This document shows, in pieces, positions 61,501 to 64,000 of a stretch of 64,000 nucleotides of DNA. Source of the stretch: Lepidodermella squamata (taxonomy: Eukaryota > Animalia > Gastrotricha); NCBI GenBank assembly GCA_047495785.1, contig JBLDXI010000015.1, positions 186,001-250,000 of the forward strand. The letters are read 5' to 3'. The notes below the pieces were generated by a model that searched no databases, was not told the origin of the DNA, and saw only the letters and a program-made list of their open reading frames with translations. The translations under genes were made by a program, and so were the position numbers. The number at the start of each line of letters is the position of its first letter. The stretch's first letter is position 1.

Positions 61501-62804
61501 ATAGTTATTGGCAGCGCCGCATATGCCAAACCATGTCAAAGCCCAATGAGAAGTGCATCGAAAAAACAACTCCAACAACTGGCCAGTGCTTTTCGATTTC
61601 CGAACAACTGCAGCTCAAATCCAATAGGCCGCTATTGGAAGATGTTCGAGAGCACGGTGGCATAGCCGAAACTAGCCTCGAACTATTCTGGGTTTGTTCA
61701 GCCACTGTTACTAAGGGATCAAATATCTTATGATAGCGGCCTCTTTTGGATTTGTGCACCGGTTGTTAACATGAAACACTTAGTACTTGGTTTCCGTTAT
61801 TGAAAACCTGACCGAAATCATCGTTCTTCATGATGACCCGGGAGATGTTTTTTTCTACGCAATGAGGCTTGGACAGGGTGGAAGGCTAACGCAGAGATGA
61901 TGATTCCAAATGATTTTTCGAACTCGACTCCCTTCGACTTGCAAATAGGGTGCAAATAGCCACTTCCATTATTAAAATTTCAAAAAACTTGATATCCAAA
62001 TCTAATCGCCTAAATTTGCCTCATTTCGATATTAAAATCAACTCGGAATATTTAAAGGTTGAAATTATAGTGGGGCATTTTTTTAATAATTTTTTCTGAA
62101 TTTCACGAATATGAATTTCAAATTTCCTTCGTGTCCGCTTTTTCACCTAGCCGAGAAAGGTGGTTATATTAAAATGCATTTTTGGAGAATGTCAATTTGA
62201 AAATTTCGAAATTCGAAAGGTGAAAAATGTTGAAATGTAGAGAATGTGAAATTATTTCGAAAATTCTGAACAGCCAGTTTCGTTGTTCTATTCGAGATCA
62301 TATTTTTCAAAATCGAGAATTTTTAAATTTTTTCAAAGAGAAGTTCAATGCCTCCCGGGAAATTTTTTTTTATAAATTTTTTTAAATTTTAAGGTTCCAG
62401 AGGAATTTCACTATTCAAACAACGCGAGAATAATGGACCTGGTGGTGATAAGCGACGTCGGCGTGTACATGTCGCCGAATTCTTCGATGAAGTACAAGAA
62501 AACGGCCTCGCACGGCTACGACCCGAAATTCGCCGTCATGCAGCCGATTTTCTTCGCGCTCGGCCCGGCGTTCAAGCGCAACGGCTACCGCGCGAAACGG
62601 CCGTTCCGCACCAAGGACATTTACGCGATTATGACGCACGTCGTCGGCCTGGCGCCGTTTCCCAACAACGCGTCGCTCGCCGATGTCGCAGACATTTTCT
62701 GCGACAAATCGAGCTCGAATGCCGCGTCGATGCGCTCGGGTGATTTCCGCCGTTCATTGATAGCCTTAGCCACCCTATTATTGTTTCTACCGATGATGAA
62801 CTGA
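58571..62804 (+). CDS. Ectonucleotide pyrophosphatase/phosphodiesterase (ENPP4-7-like), ~494 aa, secreted with probable GPI/C-terminal anchor
   Basis: Exons 58571-58992, 59282-59504, 60373-60498, 60789-61091, 62394-62804 (1485 nt). Motifs LLVVSFDGFR, SETFPNHY (catalytic Thr), HGIVANDMYD, EPIWIT, PDVEGH, ADHGM, SHGYD, and a hydrophobic C-terminus. Confidence 0.93.
59725..60261. mobile_element. Palindromic element whose inverted arms each end internally in a tRNA-like (A-box/B-box) module
   Basis: ~130-bp near-perfect outer inverted repeat. The inner left module (minus strand) has TGCTCAGTGG...GGTTCGAATCC. The inner right module (plus strand) has TGTATAGTGG...GGTTCAAATCC. Confidence 0.82.
61266..61967. 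mobile_element. MULE-type element, 9-bp TSD ATTATTAAA, with subterminal ~31-35-bp tandem palindromic repeats
   Basis: Termini GG....GGCTAT(G/T)TGCACCC. ATTATTAAA occurs at 61257-61265 and 61968-61976. Repeats of gctatgtgYaccc-n-gggtacaaNNaagtt at 61273-61417. Confidence 0.85.
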
Positions 62805-63679
62805 TGTATTTTATAGCCATATCCTATTTTTACTCACTGAGTATACGCAGAATTGGGGGATCGAATTTGGATTGTTCTCGGAAATTTTTGAAGATTTCAC
62901 GTGAATTAACAAATTTTTGAAATTTTGAAGTATCGAGAATTTGAAATTTTTTTAATTTTGTGAATTTTTTTTTGAAATTTTGAAACTCTCAAATCTGCGT
63001 ATAAATTGTTCTGAAAGATGAGAGCGGAAAATCATAATTATTATGTACTTGAAATATTTTTTTCACACTTTTACGCTTTTTGTAGCTCGAATTTGTAATC
63101 ACTTTAGCTTCGACTGCCGAACTTGCTTCTGTAGTTGCCTTTTCCAGATTTTAAATGGTATTTACGTTGCGCTGCACTACGCCTTTTTTGTTATTTTTTG
63201 TTTCTAAGATACATGATTGAAAAGCAGATATTTTCGTGCCTCTTTTTGCGGAATGTTAGTCTCGTTGATTGTTGATGATTGTTGCCGAATGAACTGATTG
63301 ATCGATAAAAATGTTAGTTTATTATTGACGCTGCGGGTAAAAATGAGAGAATAATAAAAGTCGCGCGGTAATTATACAGGATAGCCTCTTCTTGCTGTAT
63401 TGCTGTAAAATGTGTCAAACACAACCTGCTTGAAGGTGTTCCATTACTTATTACTAGAATGTAAAAGCATCCACCACTCAAGATTCAGGGTTTGTTCAGG
63501 AAAATTAACTGCTCAAAATATTCGTCGTTCTCGTTTTATTTCAAAAACATCGCACGACTATTCTGTACAATGTGACAAAAAAAAATGACGAATATTTACA
63601 AGCCATTGACAATCGCATGCCTAGCTTATATAGTCTCGAAAAATTATGTTTCTTACATCATAGTAAAGACACATAGCAA

Positions 63680-64000
63680 TCAAGATATAACACAAGAATT
63701 ACCCCCGAGGATTTTGATTATTTGTCGTTGTTCATCAGAATTCTTCTTAGATGAAGCCCAAGGGTTTTTAGCCCTATCCAGTGCAGTTTGTCCCATATTG
63801 TTCTTCAGGATTGCGTCAGCTTTGAATTTATTCACAAGAAGATCGACGACAGCAGGTTCTATCCCAAAGGCAGCCAACATCAGTGGTGTATCGCCATCCT
63901 CATCTGCCGCGTTGACGTCGGCATTGAACGTGCCCGCCAGCAGTTCCACGACGTCAGCTTTGCCACTCAAGGCGGCCACGTGCAATGGCGTCCTGCCATC
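63680..64000 (-). CDS. Ankyrin-repeat protein, paralogue 3 (C-terminal part only; gene continues past the right edge); ends in CaaX-like CVIS
   Basis: DGRTPLHVAALSGKADVVELLAGTFNADVNAADEDGDTPLMLAAFGIEPAVVDLLVNKFKA...GQTALDRAKNPW...CVIS*, with the same C-cap as paralogues 1 and 2. Confidence 0.9.
   Translation of the reverse strand, partial: DGRTPLHVAALSGKADVVELLAGTFNADVNAADEDGDTPLMLAAFGIEPAVVDLLVNKFKADAILKNNMGQTALDRAKNPWASSKKNSDEQRQIIKILGGNSCVIS

Overview
Intron-rich eukaryotic, most likely animal (invertebrate), genomic DNA. It has GT-AG spliceosomal introns, one GC-AG intron, many 40-65 nt mini-introns plus larger AT-rich introns, the standard genetic code, and degenerate TTAGGG-type repeats. 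No rRNA, CRISPR array or canonical tRNA gene was seen. Gene models were assembled by hand from splice sites, with reading-frame phase checked. In order: a LINE RT fragment; a 5'-disrupted gene for a large helical protein; a 10-exon WD40 gene; three paralogues of an ankyrin-repeat family (one fused to an intact NEK-like kinase, one with only a kinase remnant, one cut by the window edge); a secreted prepro helical protein and its pseudogene paralogue; a compact KDM3/JMJD1 demethylase; a bacterial-type S66 (LD-carboxypeptidase/MccF) peptidase with an intron; a ~1740 aa secreted PAN/discoidin/LamG/F-type-lectin mosaic; a small mucin-like membrane protein with NPxY; and a GPI-type ENPP. Many MITEs are present, several with clear TSDs. 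The best candidate for a new system is the kinase-ankyrin family. Its 102-bp repeats are homogenised in the framework but hypervariable at the ligand-binding positions, and repeat number and C-terminal targeting motifs differ between paralogues. This suggests a diversifying natural DARPin-like receptor-kinase repertoire. That interpretation is inference and was not tested by any search.
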